Assembly (NCBI GenBank): GCA_951406725.2
Contig: OX597816.1
Span: 140,678,001-140,742,000, forward strand
From: Octopus vulgaris
Taxonomy: Eukaryota
DNA length: 64,000 nt
Direction: 5' to 3'
Shown here: in pieces, positions 1 through 11,427 of the stretch
How positions within the stretch are numbered: the first letter of the stretch is position 1
Layout: every line of letters begins with the position of its first letter
Made by a program: the position numbers and the translations under genes
The notes under the pieces: generated by a model
The model's database searches: none
What the model was told of the DNA's origin: nothing
What the model saw: only the letters and a program-made list of their open reading frames with translations

Positions 1-96
1 AAACATAGATATTCCACTTCATTACAGAAAATATAACAGAAAAGTCTATTTCTTCAATTGCATGTAACACGGGCAACGCCAGGTATCTTTGCTAGT
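1..96 (+). mobile_element. Possible Helitron 3' terminus (runs off window start)
   Basis: Degenerate GC-rich hairpin ACACGGGCAACGCCAGGT followed about 8 nt later by CTAG|T (92-96), the usual layout of a Helitron 3' end. The hairpin is imperfect. Confidence 0.35.
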
Positions 97-720
97 ATAT
101 AAATAAATGGAGTTTAACGCAGGTATAATTCAAATACTTTTACTTCCGACACATGTTTTGAAGATTTCACTGATATTATTCCAAAGGAATAAATGGTGTA
201 AAACAATGTAATCTTCTCTTCAGGGAAGTGAAGAAATGAAACTCGTCAATAAGACATTTTAACAGAAAATGATGTATATGTATAGTGAAAGAGGAGGAAT
301 ATTTTTTTAGTGAATGTTAAATATAAAAATAAAATTAATGTTTAAATTATATATAATGATAGAGATTACTTATATGAACTAAAGGTGTGTTTTTACCAAT
401 GTTTACATTGGTATGCACGCTCTATAACCATGTTTACTAGGGGATTTTTAGAAAAAATAATGAAAAATAGTTCAGAATTACAGAGAAGACAGAATTCCTT
501 GCCTTTGTCATAAGGTATCGAGATTGAGAGAATCAACCATTCTAAATTAAATTGTTCATTGTGGTCTTTTAGATCCCAAATTAATTTACTGAGCCCTGTA
601 CTGTTACATTTATTCCTATCCCTAAATGTTGAGTAATGGATAGAAATTTTAGATAACAGTAACGACATGCTTTCGATGTAAAATCGTACTTTATTATGAG
701 TACTTATTTTACTCTGGTAT
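97..720 (-). mobile_element. Penelope-like retroelement 3' fragment (GIY-YIG endonuclease C-terminus plus pLTR)
   Basis: ORF 393..668 reads H..TF......STGLSKLIWDLK......LEWLIL....PY......CLLCNSE, typical of the PLE GIY-YIG region. A hammerhead-like motif follows downstream at 142..229. Confidence 0.7.
142..229 (-). ncRNA. Degenerate type I hammerhead ribozyme
   Basis: Minus strand: ACTTCC-CTGAAGA-GAAGATT...AATCTTC-AAAA-CATGTG-TC-GGAAGT. Stems I and II and a palindromic stem III are present, but GAAA is mutated to AAAA. Confidence 0.55.
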
Positions 721-721
721 A

Positions 722-1680
722 TAGAATTGAGGATGCTTTATTGTTCTTTTTATGAAGTGTTCTGTTCATTATGCCCCAGAGATGTTCAATAAAGTTCATA
801 TCTGGTGACTGACTTGGCTATGAAAGCTTTTTAATGCAATTCCTTCCAACCAATCCTGGGTCTTTTTTGCTATGTAACAAGGAACACCATCTTCTGTAAT
901 AATTTCACCACTGGAGAAGATTGGAAGGAATCTTTCCTGCAATATGGACACAAACTTATCTGAGTTTATGTTTCTCTCACACTCCACTGGCTCTGATTGA
1001 CCATTACTCCCCAGATCATCACAGAATAGCTGCTATGTTTCATTGTTGACTGCAATCTTTTCATGTCAAGTTCTTGACCACAGAGTCTCTAGACACACAT
1101 GTGACCACTGTTAGAAAATACATCAAATCTGGATTCATCAGAGAATATAACATTGTCCCAAAATGCTAGTGGCCTCTCCATCTTACTGGCGAAATCTTTT
1201 CTCTGCTTGGTATTGACTGGTTGAAGAAGTGGCTTCCTTCTTGCTGCTCTGCCACAGTAGGTAAATTTGTGGAGATACCTGACAGCTGTTCTGGGACTGA
1301 CATCAACTTGTCCTGCTATGTCAGTGGTTTGCAATGAGGATTATACTCTACACTTCTCTTAACACAGCAAAGGGTTATGTCAGAAGGCTCTGATTGACCT
1401 GCGTGAGGTGATGTGGACTCCTTCCCCTCTCCAGTGAATTGCACAATGACTATTAAATGTAGAAAGCAGGATCCCAAGCTTTTCTGTGATTTTATGCTAA
1501 GGATGACCTCCCTTTGCAAATACCTTAGGGCACAGAAAGTGTGCCCAAAGCCAGCTGGAGACGATGTTCTCCTGGGGCTAAAAGCTACAGTAACACCCAC
1601 CCTTAGTGGTTAGCCATATTGAGATGGCAAATATCCCTCACATTGTCGTGCAGTTACTGTTTATACCTCGTTCAGAGATT
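722..1680 (-). mobile_element. Tc1-family transposase relic
   Basis: ORF 1089..1334 has VSPRTAVRYLH..GRAARRKPLL...WDNVIFSDESRF. ORF 796..987 has INSDKFVSIL...DGVPCYIAKKTQDWL. Frameshifted, ends approximate. Confidence 0.75.
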
Positions 1681-1690
1681 TATTATTGCT

Positions 1691-1722
<32 letters not shown>

Positions 1723-1738
1723 ACGAGTTTCAGGGAGG

Positions 1739-2058
<320 letters not shown>

Positions 2059-2124
2059 CACCAAACAAAATTCTGGTGCATCTAACTTAAGTACCATATT
2101 CATTTGAATCTAAATTTTGCTGAA

Positions 2125-2157
<33 letters not shown>

Positions 2158-2192
2158 GTAAATGTAATATGTGACAATTATTCGGTAGCCAT

Positions 2193-2253
2193 GATAAAAC
2201 TCCGAGTTTCAGATGCCGAGCTGGAAATCCATGCTACCATCTCTTCAGTTATC
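2193..2253 (-). ncRNA. Type I hammerhead ribozyme in inverted pLTR
   Basis: Minus strand: GATAA-CTGAAGA-GATG...CATC-T-GAAA-CTCGGAG-TT-TTATC. Confidence 0.6.
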
Positions 2254-4074
2254 TAGCCATTGGAAAAATGCTATGAAAAATGACTGTTATACAAAGGAAA
2301 TTACTGTGTGATTGACCGTTATTAAGACAAAAGAGCCATTTGAAATACTTCTTTGTAAGGGGAGGGAGTAAAAGTAAGGAGGCGAAAAAGTTCATAGTAT
2401 TCGCATAAGTGCACCTGTTCATACCTACACATGTGCGCCCACACACCCACGTCCATGCACCTAAAAGTATACATTCATCCACCCTCACTTGAAAAACATT
2501 AGCAAGAAAAATTTAATTAAAAACAGTAGCAAGAGAATTTCTAGCCTCTCCTCCGATAAGGACATTTTTAATAGCGTTGCCCCAGTATATAATAAAGCAC
2601 TAAAAGAGGAAATAACCTATACACCTGCTACCAGCCCAACGATAAAGAAGAGGAAATATAGGAATAGGAAAACCATCTGGTTCACACACCCCTACTCACC
2701 CGAGGTGACCTTCAATATAGGCAAGTATTTCTTAGCACTGATAGATAGACATTTTCCAGTCAACCATACTTATAGGAAGCTCTTCAATAGACACAACTTA
2801 AAAATCAGTTTCAGCTCAACTACCAATTTTAAAAATATAATTGCACACAACACACAAAACCACAATACGAAACCAGCTGTTCATGCAGGGATAAAAATTT
2901 GTGCCTGCTAAATGGAGCTTGCATGTCCAAGACCATCATTTACGAAGCAACTGTGGACTCTATACCAACTAAAGACACGGTTTCGATGAAGAAATATGTG
3001 GGCCTCACAGAGGGTAATTTCAAGGCCAGGTTCAATAATCACACCTTGAGCTTTAGGCACTGGGATAAAAGGAAAACGACCAAATTATCCAGTCATATAT
3101 GGTCATTAAAAAGATAAAGTTACAACATCCATTGGAAGATTTTAGCCAAGTGTAAGCCCAACGGCAGTGGAAAGTGTGGTCTATGTCATATGGAAAGATG
3201 GCTCATCTGGAAAAGCAGCTTAGACCCCGTACATGTCTGAATTCAAGAACTGAACATTTTGGATCATGCCAAATATTTGTTACGTTTTTGGTCCCCCCGA
3301 GACTACAGATAGAACTTGTTTTCAATATTGTGTCCACGCACAAGCTTTTCATCTCTTTATACTTTTTACTTATATTTCTTATATATTTTTATTTATATTT
3401 TTGATACATATATTTCTTACATATTTATAGAGATATTGGTTTATAGGTTTATTGCTTATATATTTTTTACACATAATTTTTCTGTATTCTACCTTTCACC
3501 CTGCATTTTTCCCTGTGCGTATATAGACGTGTATATGGAATCTTTTGTGTGTGCATGTGGATGTGTGCGTGTGTGCAGGTATGTGCATATATAGATGTGT
3601 GCGTGTGTGTGGGTATGTGCATATATACATGTGTGCGTGCATGCGAATACGTGCATATATAGATGTATTTTACAAATTTTCCTGTATTTTTGCCTTTAGC
3701 CCTGTTTTTTCTTGTGTATGTGCGCATACAGACGTATGTATGATCCTTTTTGTGCGCGCATGTGTGTGCGGGTATGTGTGAAAAAAAGCCGTGTGTGTGT
3801 GCGTGCATAAGGGTATGTGCGTATATAGACGTGGTTTACTCTTTGTATACTCCCTTATGCCTTTTTCTGTATTGTTACCCATAGCCCTGTTTCTTCTTGT
3901 GCTTGTGCATATATAGACGTGTGTATGAACCTTTATGGTGCTCGTGTGTGTGTATGTATATACATAGACATTTAGCGAATGGTGAGAGTGAGGATGTGTA
4001 CATTTTCAAGTGAAGGTGGATGAATGGTGCACGCACGTGGGTGTGAGGGCGCGCATATATAGATATGAATAACA

Positions 4075-4295
4075 GGCGGTGAGATGGCAGAAACGTTAGC
4101 AAGCCGGGTGAAATGCTCAGCAGTATTTCGTCTGTCGCTACGTTCTGAGTTCAAATTCTGCCGAGGTTGACTTTGCCTTTCATCCTTTCGGGGTCGATAA
4201 ATAAAGTACCAGTTACGCACTGGGGTCGATGTAGTTGACTTAATCCCTTTGTTTGTCTCCTCTATGTTTAGCCCCTTGTGGGCAATAAAGAAATA
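4075..4295 (+). mobile_element. tRNA-derived SINE (family A)
   Basis: GGCGGTGAG..GGCAGAA head, B-box-like GAGTTCAAATTC, conserved core GCCTTTCATCCTTTCGGGGTCGATAAA..AGTACC. More than 10 copies in the window. Confidence 0.8.
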
Positions 4296-4471
4296 TATAT
4301 AGGTATGAATAGGCATGCTTATGCGAATACTATGAACTTTTTTACCCCCTTACTTTTACTCCCTCCTCTTACTTAGCGGTCATTCAAATAGCTCTTTTGT
4401 CTTAACGGTCAATCACACAGTAATTTTCCTTTGTATAACGGTCATTTTTCATAGCATTTTCCCGATGGCCA

Positions 4472-4532
4472 GATAACTGAAGAGATTGTGGCGTGGATTT
4501 CCACCTCGGCATCCGAAACTCGGAGTTTTATC
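4472..4532 (+). ncRNA. Type I hammerhead ribozyme in 3' pLTR
   Basis: GATAA(4472)-CTGAAGA(4477)-stem II (imperfect)-GAAA(4515)-CTCGGAG-TT-TTATC(4528). Stem I is extendable by GCCA/TGGC. Confidence 0.65.
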
Positions 4533-4742
4533 ATGGCTACCGAATAATTGTCACATATTACATTTACAGATAAATTCCTCTATTTACATAATATCGAGGT
4601 CTCTTTCTTTCTTTTGTTGTCTTACCATTTTTATCAATATATATATATATATATTGTGGTGGCATAAATATGTACATATCTATATGTGTGTGTGTGTGTG
4701 TGTATGTATGTGTGTGTATGTATGTATATACATGTACATGTA

Positions 4743-4773
<31 letters not shown>

Positions 4774-4981
4774 GTATGTATGCTTATATGTATTTATATG
4801 TACATATATATGTATATATATGTACATATGTGTGTGTGAGTACATATACACAAACATACATTGTATGAATGAAGTTTTCAATCATGATGTTGTACCTTAT
4901 TCTTCAAATGCTTCAATTCTGGGTATGTAGATATATTTACTCTATTGCTGACAATTATTGAAAGATTTCTCCATTGTGTTG

Positions 4982-5030
4982 ATGTGCCATTTTCTATTAT
5001 TAATAAAACTCAGCATTTTTGCCGACACAG
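4982..5030 (+). CDS. Putative first coding exon of B3GALT-like copy 1 (MCHFLLLIKLSIFADT)
   Basis: ATG at 4982, donor CAG|GTATGT at 5031, acceptor TTTCCAG|G at 5112. The phase-1 join is in frame with ORF 5136..6041. Confidence 0.5.
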
Positions 5031-5112
5031 GTATGTTAGTAATAGTAATAATGATAATGATTTTTAATAATACATATATATAAGTAAAATGTTTATTTCT
5101 TATCATTTCCAG

Positions 5113-6041
5113 GTAAAAAGAAAATTCTCATATGGATGACAATATTAATTATAACCACTTTTGTGTACAGTAGTCAAATGTACCAAACCATTCTAGAAAC
5201 CTTCAAGGATATATTTTCAAGCTGGTGGTTTACAGTCACATATCAACAGTCATATCATTTCTCATATATTCATTTGACAAATAATTGTTCTGACTCCGTT
5301 CAGATCCTTGTTGCTGTGTGTTCAGCCCCAATAAATATACTGCATCGAAATACCATACGAGAGACTTGGGGTCAATATGCTAGGAACAATTCAAACTTTA
5401 AGATGGTTTTTTTTGAAGGTGTTACACATAGTCCTGGTGTTCAAGATGATATTCATGAAGAAAGTGTAAAATATGGTGATATTGTACAAGAGAACTATAT
5501 TGATCATTATGAAAACTTGTCTTTAAAGTCAATTGCTTATCTGCGTTGGGTGAGTTCTTCATGTAGTAAAGTAAAATTTGTGTTGAAAACAGATGATGAT
5601 ATGTATATAAATCTTCCATTGTTAGAGAAAACACTTATGAACATGAAACGTTCTCGGTTTATCATGGGTTTACTTTTTCGACATGTTGTACCAATCAGAC
5701 ATAATTCATCAAAATGGTACACACCCATATCAAAATATCAAAAGAATGAGTTTCCTGATTATATGTCCGGGACAGCTTATCTAATTTCAGGCGACATAGT
5801 ACCAGAATTATATGCAGAATCATTTAATGAAAAGCTTTTCTGGCTTGAAGATGTTTATATAACAGGGATGCTTGCAAACCGAGTGAATACAACAAGAATA
5901 AACAGTAACATGTTTACAATCTATAAACAACAATACACTGGCTGTGCCTACAAAAACATAATAAGTGGACATCATGTGACGCCAAAAAATATGAAAATTA
6001 TTTATCAACAATTAAAAGACGTAAATCTTGTTTGCCATTAA
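5113..6041 (+). CDS. Beta-1,3-galactosyltransferase-like protein (GT31), copy 1
   Basis: GT31 motifs RNTIRETWG, DIVQENYIDHYENLSLKS, KTDDDMYIN (DxD), FPDYMSGTAY, LEDVYITG. N-terminal KKK followed by hydrophobic ILIWMTILIITTFVY fits a type II anchor. Confidence 0.92.
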
Positions 6042-7683
6042 TTTTCTCTTTTAAAAATAGTAGTTGAAGCCTGTAGAAATGAACTTAGTGCCCAGCTTTC
6101 TTGAATATCATTGCATTATATTCTGAGTTAACTTCATATTCTGGATGATTTCTTTCTTCCTTCTGAGGATATGGTTGATAAAATAAGCAACAGTAATATA
6201 CTGAGGATCAATTTCCAGAAACTTGCTTTGCAGCCACATTGTTTTAGATTTAATCTAACAGTGGAGTAATTTGGGCAACTATTTTCTCTCTTTTTCTCTG
6301 AATAAGCTGCATTCAAAATGCCACAGTCAAACACTTCTTACATGAGAAATCTGACTGAAAAGTGAGCTGGAAGGAAGCAGGACTGTTTCTCAGAAAATAT
6401 AGAAAAAGATGAATAATATTTCAAAGACTCAAATTAATTAATTTTCAAAATAATGTCCTATCATTACTCACAATCATTCCTTTAATTTTAGAATAATTAT
6501 AAAGAATACAACTGCAAGCAATTTTTTGCATGTGAATGTGAATCCTAAATAGCATGTAACAAAATTAATAATGCTGAAACTGGCAACTCACCTGGTGATT
6601 TTTAGACTTAGGTTTTCTATACTCCAATCCTCCTCCTTCTTTGCCTCCTCATCACTGCTGCCGCCGCCACCGCTACCGCCACCACCACCACCATCATCAT
6701 TTAACATCCGTTTTCCATACTAGTATGAGTAGATGGTTTGACAGGAGCTAGCCAGCTGAAGAGCCACCCAGGCTCCATGTCTGTTTTGGTATGGTTTCTA
6801 CTGCTGGATGTCCTATGTCCAAAACATTTTGGTACACTCATTTGCTATTTAATTGACTATGTATTAATTGGAAAGAGTAATATCACTTTATTTTTAAACA
6901 TTCTGTGAAGATGTTGAAAGGGTTTCATGGGCTACATAGAACCTACATTTCAAGCTGCATGCAGCTCATGGGCCATAGTTTAACCAATCTGGTATAGAAG
7001 TCTGTTTCTGACTCTTAAGCAGCTGTGTAGAGGCTCATTTGTTGGCTCATTCAGGAACTAGTAGTACCTGATGGTTGTGATAACATTTAGATGCATTATA
7101 TATAACACACAAGGAACAAAGTTGAAGCAGAGGGAATAAACAAATCATCCAAATAATTGACTAACCTTCACAACTTCTACCACATCTTCCTATCTCTGAT
7201 ACTGTTACTACAACCTTTACACACAACAACCGTTGTCACTTCTGTCTATTCTATTCTGCATCAACCTACTCTCATTACAACACTACCACATCTTTTCTGT
7301 TTCTGGTACTGTTACTTCAACCTTCACACACTACAACTACACAATCTCTATCAATTTTTCTACCACAACAATGGTACCTGTCCATACTCATTGTAATTGA
7401 ACAGTTATATTGAAAAGAAGTTTTATTTTTAAAAAAATTAAAGTTATTTTATACAAAATTATAGCAGACTTTCTTCATTTTATTTGTGCTTCTTTACAAT
7501 AGTAATGACAAGTTAGTTCAACATTTCTGAACTGTATAATGAAGAACATCTTAAATTACTTTTCAAATTATCCTTTAAATGTGATATTGAACAGCCAAAC
7601 TCAACCAACTCCAAAGAAAACAGATTCATTGTTAAAAAATATGCATTGTTCCAAAAAATCTGAATGAAGAGATAAGGGAAATC

Positions 7684-7800
7684 TTATTGATAGCGATAAC
7701 ATCTGAAGTGAAACCACAGTTTCTATATGTTGTTTTGGAACTGACAGTAGGAGCCTTGCTTATATTCCCGTTCATGGTTGACAATCTTGAATGCAATATC
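7684..7800 (-). pseudogene. Pseudo-exon copy of cactin terminal exon
   Basis: Reads [37 protein letters not shown], with a 6-nt deletion and a premature TAG. The acceptor TTCTTCTTATGCAG is retained. Confidence 0.9.
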
Positions 7801-8269
7801 CTGCATAAGAAGAAATCACACAATTATTATAATGTTCAAATAAACATTCTTTTTTGAGTTTTATTATTTAGGACTGTGAGAACAGGAACTAATTTCTTGT
7901 TATTTTGGATAACACAACCTTATAGTTTAAATTTGTAGGAACGAGTATTTAAAATATATCAGATTAATTCCTTTCTTATTGTATTTATTAATAGCATACT
8001 AGTGGTCATGGAAAGCACAGCCATGGCATAATAATCTAAGAAGCAGGATGCAACATGAGCTTCAGGAAACCAGCTATCAAACTAGTGACTGACCACTTAG
8101 GTAAGTCTGAAGCTCTGGCCAATTTTGATTCGAGAGGGAGAGAATATTCCTGGTTGGAATGCAATCTCTATCAACAGATCATCAGAATTTAGTCAAAAAG
8201 AAAATGCAGCAGCTGCATCTGTAGTAAGTGGCCTGTATGGCTTGGATACCATCTTGTGGAGTAACACCA

Positions 8270-8612
8270 CTATCAATACATTTGTACAAACTGTCACTCC
8301 GTCAGTTACAATGATGAGGGTTCGAGTTGATCAACGGAACAAACTGCTTGTGAAATTAACGTGCAAGTGACTGAATACTCCAAAGAGCACATGTACCCAT
8401 GACATAGTTTTTAGGTAGAATCAGCATGACACAGAGTGTGATAAGGCTAGCCCTTTGAAATACAGGTACTACTCATTTTTGCCAGCTGAGTGGACTGGAG
8501 CAACATGAAAGAAAGTGTCTTGCTCAAGGACACAACGCATTGCTGGGAATTGAACTCACAACCATACAGTCATGAGCCGAATACTCTAACTACTAAGTCA
8601 CACACCTTCACA
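8270..8612 (-). mobile_element. tRNA-derived SINE (family C), inserted in left duplication arm only
   Basis: tRNA-like head at 8545..8610 plus GTGTCCTTGAGCAAGACAC core. It interrupts the homology with about 60480..60548. Confidence 0.7.
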
Positions 8613-9149
8613 TTGTACAAACTAAACAGTTTATAATACAAGTATATGGAGAATGACAAAAGACAGAAAAACTGTATTGTTTCCATTACAAACACTTATT
8701 TGCAATGAGTTACACTCTGTCTTCAACCTTCAGTGTGTTGTGAATGTTTGAAAAGAACTGATCCTTGATCTTTTGGATGTCTTGTTGGTATTTTTCCAGA
8801 ACAGAATGTTGAGACCTTGCAAACATTGCCTTGATGGATTACAGCAAACATCATGTATCCATCTTTCAGTGACAATGACCTTTCATAGTTAAACATTGTT
8901 TTACTTAAAAAAAAAAACAAGTATAAATAGGAGCCCAAGTTGTGAACATCTATATGCAACCAGCTACACCCTCTTCTCAGTATTTAACAAGCAGTACTTT
9001 CAGGAGGAATTGCCATACAGCTGAAAGTGCAATTAACTTTATGAAGGTGGAGAAAATAGCTGAACTCTTAAGGGTAGAGTTGTAAGAATATAAGAAAATG
9101 GGATACACATTAATTTACTAACATTGTTAGTATGTATAACACTAGCTAG

Positions 9150-9950
9150 GCTTAGTATCATCATCAATAACTGGTGTAACAATATCATTATAAACTGCTA
9201 TGAAGGCAAAGATGATATAGAAAGAAGTAGCTGTAGAGGCATCAAGGTAATGGAGCAAGTTATGTAAGAGTCATAGCACAATTGATGAGGAAAAGAACTA
9301 GCTTAGATATGATGATATCTGTGTTTGTGCTTAAGACTGGTTATTCATGAGAAATACTGTGTATCATTGACCTGGTTCTTAAGCTGAATCTTTTGAAGTT
9401 TTAAAGAAATTTTAAACAAGGAAGCATTACCTAGAATCAAGAGATTGCAGAATAAACTTAGCAAAGACCATACTTCAAGCTTATTGTAGATGCACAGGAT
9501 GTGTAGTGGGATCATGAGTAGACTGACAGATGTGCAGGAATAGTTAGCAGCTAGAGCACCTGTGAAATAAATTTTTTCAAATGCTTAGAAGGTTCCCTAG
9601 AAGCAGTTGGTATTATTAGTGGAGATGGATGTTCAAAATGTCCAGAGCAATAACATGGTGGAAAAAGCAGAGGGTACTATTATCTCTGTTGGTAACAAAG
9701 AAATTCTTTCTGAGAGAATCACAGATTATATAATACTTGTGTGCAAAGTGTGATGTTGCATGGTGGCAAAATATGGACACTAATGTGAAAACAATGAAGT
9801 GGGATGCTTCAGGTGTGTAATGAACTAGGAAGATGACTGGCTATAAGAAAAATCAGATGTAGAATGCATGACAGAAAACTGCATTAATAGAGAAACAAGA
9901 TATATATGAGTATAAACTATTGGGATAAAAAGGGCCAAGATGACAAACAA
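9150..9950 (+). mobile_element. Highly degraded RTE-type LINE fragment
   Basis: Nucleotide similarity to the RT relic at 30300..31950, e.g. AACTGCTATGAAGGCAAAGATGAT vs NCYKGKGD. Confidence 0.5.
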
Positions 9951-10724
9951 GAAAGTAACGTATGTATTGATGTATTACATAACTTGCACAATATCTTCTC
10001 CCAATTTGCAATGAGGCCTTCTGATCCCTATCCACCTCTCCCTAACCAAATTAGCAAAAGTGATATTGTTGCCCTCTACAAAGCCTTTGATTAAATACAT
10101 GGAAAGTTGACTCTTGAGAGATATGAACTCAGAACAGTGAGGAAACAAACTAAGGTATCCAGTTTAACAATATTGTTTCAGCCAGTTCCACTGTTCAATG
10201 TTCTCATATCATACTACACCCTTTCATTACTATAATTATATAGACTTTTGTAGGCACTGCCAAACTGGGGAGACAGATGCAGTTGATGTTCAGTTTGACC
10301 ATTTCTAGGGAAAACATAGGTGATAGGAAATGGAGAACTACTTAGGAATAATAGACAGTGTGTATTGCCTTTTGAGAAGGTATGCAGCTTTTTATTATTG
10401 CAGTTTAGCTGGACAAGAGGTACCTGTCTTGGCATTGAGAAATACACCTTCTAAATTAGATTGTTTTATATGTAAATATTCAATTTTATATAAATGATCT
10501 ATTCCGTTCATGGTTGCATGGATTCAACAGTTATCAAATGGTGAAAAAAACATTTAATTCATCTTTTTAAATTCTACATACCAACCTTATACTTTTCAGG
10601 AAAAAATGTATGTATGCATACACATTTTTTACCAGCATGAAAATAGAAATATTTATTACCAGCATGAATATAGAAATATTTAGTCAAATGCCCCATACCT
10701 CAGATATAAAGTAACAAGTCACAT

Positions 10725-10918
10725 TTTGGCACAAGGTAAATAATTTCGGGGAAGGGGGTAAATCAATTACATAGACCCAGTGCTTGACTGGTACTTATTT
10801 TATTGACCCCCAAAAGAATGAAAGGCAAAGTCAACTTAGGCAGAATTTGAACTCAGAATGTAAAGATGGAAAAAAAAATGGTGCTAAGCAGTGCTAACAG
10901 TTCTGCCAGCTGAACACC
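10725..10918 (-). mobile_element. SINE family A
   Basis: GGTACTTATTTTATTGACCCC..GAATGAAAGGCAAAGTCAAC..GAATTTGAACTCAGAA. Confidence 0.75.
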
Positions 10919-11427
10919 TTATAAGTCACAAATCATTTAAAAAATGTAAGTTTTCAATTAAATTTGTGGTGAAAATTTTCATATTCAAAACAACTGTGTT
11001 CAACAAATAAAGCTTAATCTAGTAAACCAATTTATTTTGCTGATTTTACAATGTGAAAGAGTAAATTTACACACACACACATATATCTTTTTATCATTTA
11101 CTTGTTTCTGTCATTAGACTGCAGCCATGCTGGGGCACCACCTTGGAGAATTTTTAATCAACTGAATTGACCACAGTACTTTTTTTTCTTTTAAGGCTGG
11201 TACTTAATCTATCAGTCTCTTTGCCAAACCACTAAGTTACAGGGATGTGCACACACCAACACCGTTGTGAAACACACACAAAGACATACACATAGATATT
11301 TGCTTATTTACATTTCAGAGTCTATTATTATTGTTCATGTTATTGTCATTATTGTTATTGTGATTGTGGCTAATAAGTAGCTTATCATTATATTACATTT
11401 AAATATTTATTTCTTAAAATTAACATT

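Larger units (their letters stand above)
2155..4637 (+). mobile_element. Penelope-like element with inverted pLTRs, between (TA)n runs
   Basis: Frameshifted ORF pieces 2489..3300: RNRKTIWF.HPYS..V..NIGK.FL.LIDRHFP, IIYEATV...YVGLTEGNFKARFNNHTLSF, KLSSHIWSLK, CGLC (RT thumb/linker plus GIY-YIG). 2155..2494 is an inverted copy of 4003..4570, which is interrupted by a SINE. Confidence 0.85.
5244..9050. repeat. Left arm of inverted segmental duplication (partner about 60070..63939)
   Basis: Collinear reverse-complement matches: 5244-6220/62965-63939, 7020-7380/61350-61700, 7570-8210/60548-61230, 8620-9050/60070-60480. Confidence 0.9.

Noticed and set aside
9050-10700. Duplicated copy of cactin exon 18 in the left arm
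   Set aside because: No convincing match found. CCAGCATGAA at 10632 is too short and belongs to a local 27-bp tandem duplication.
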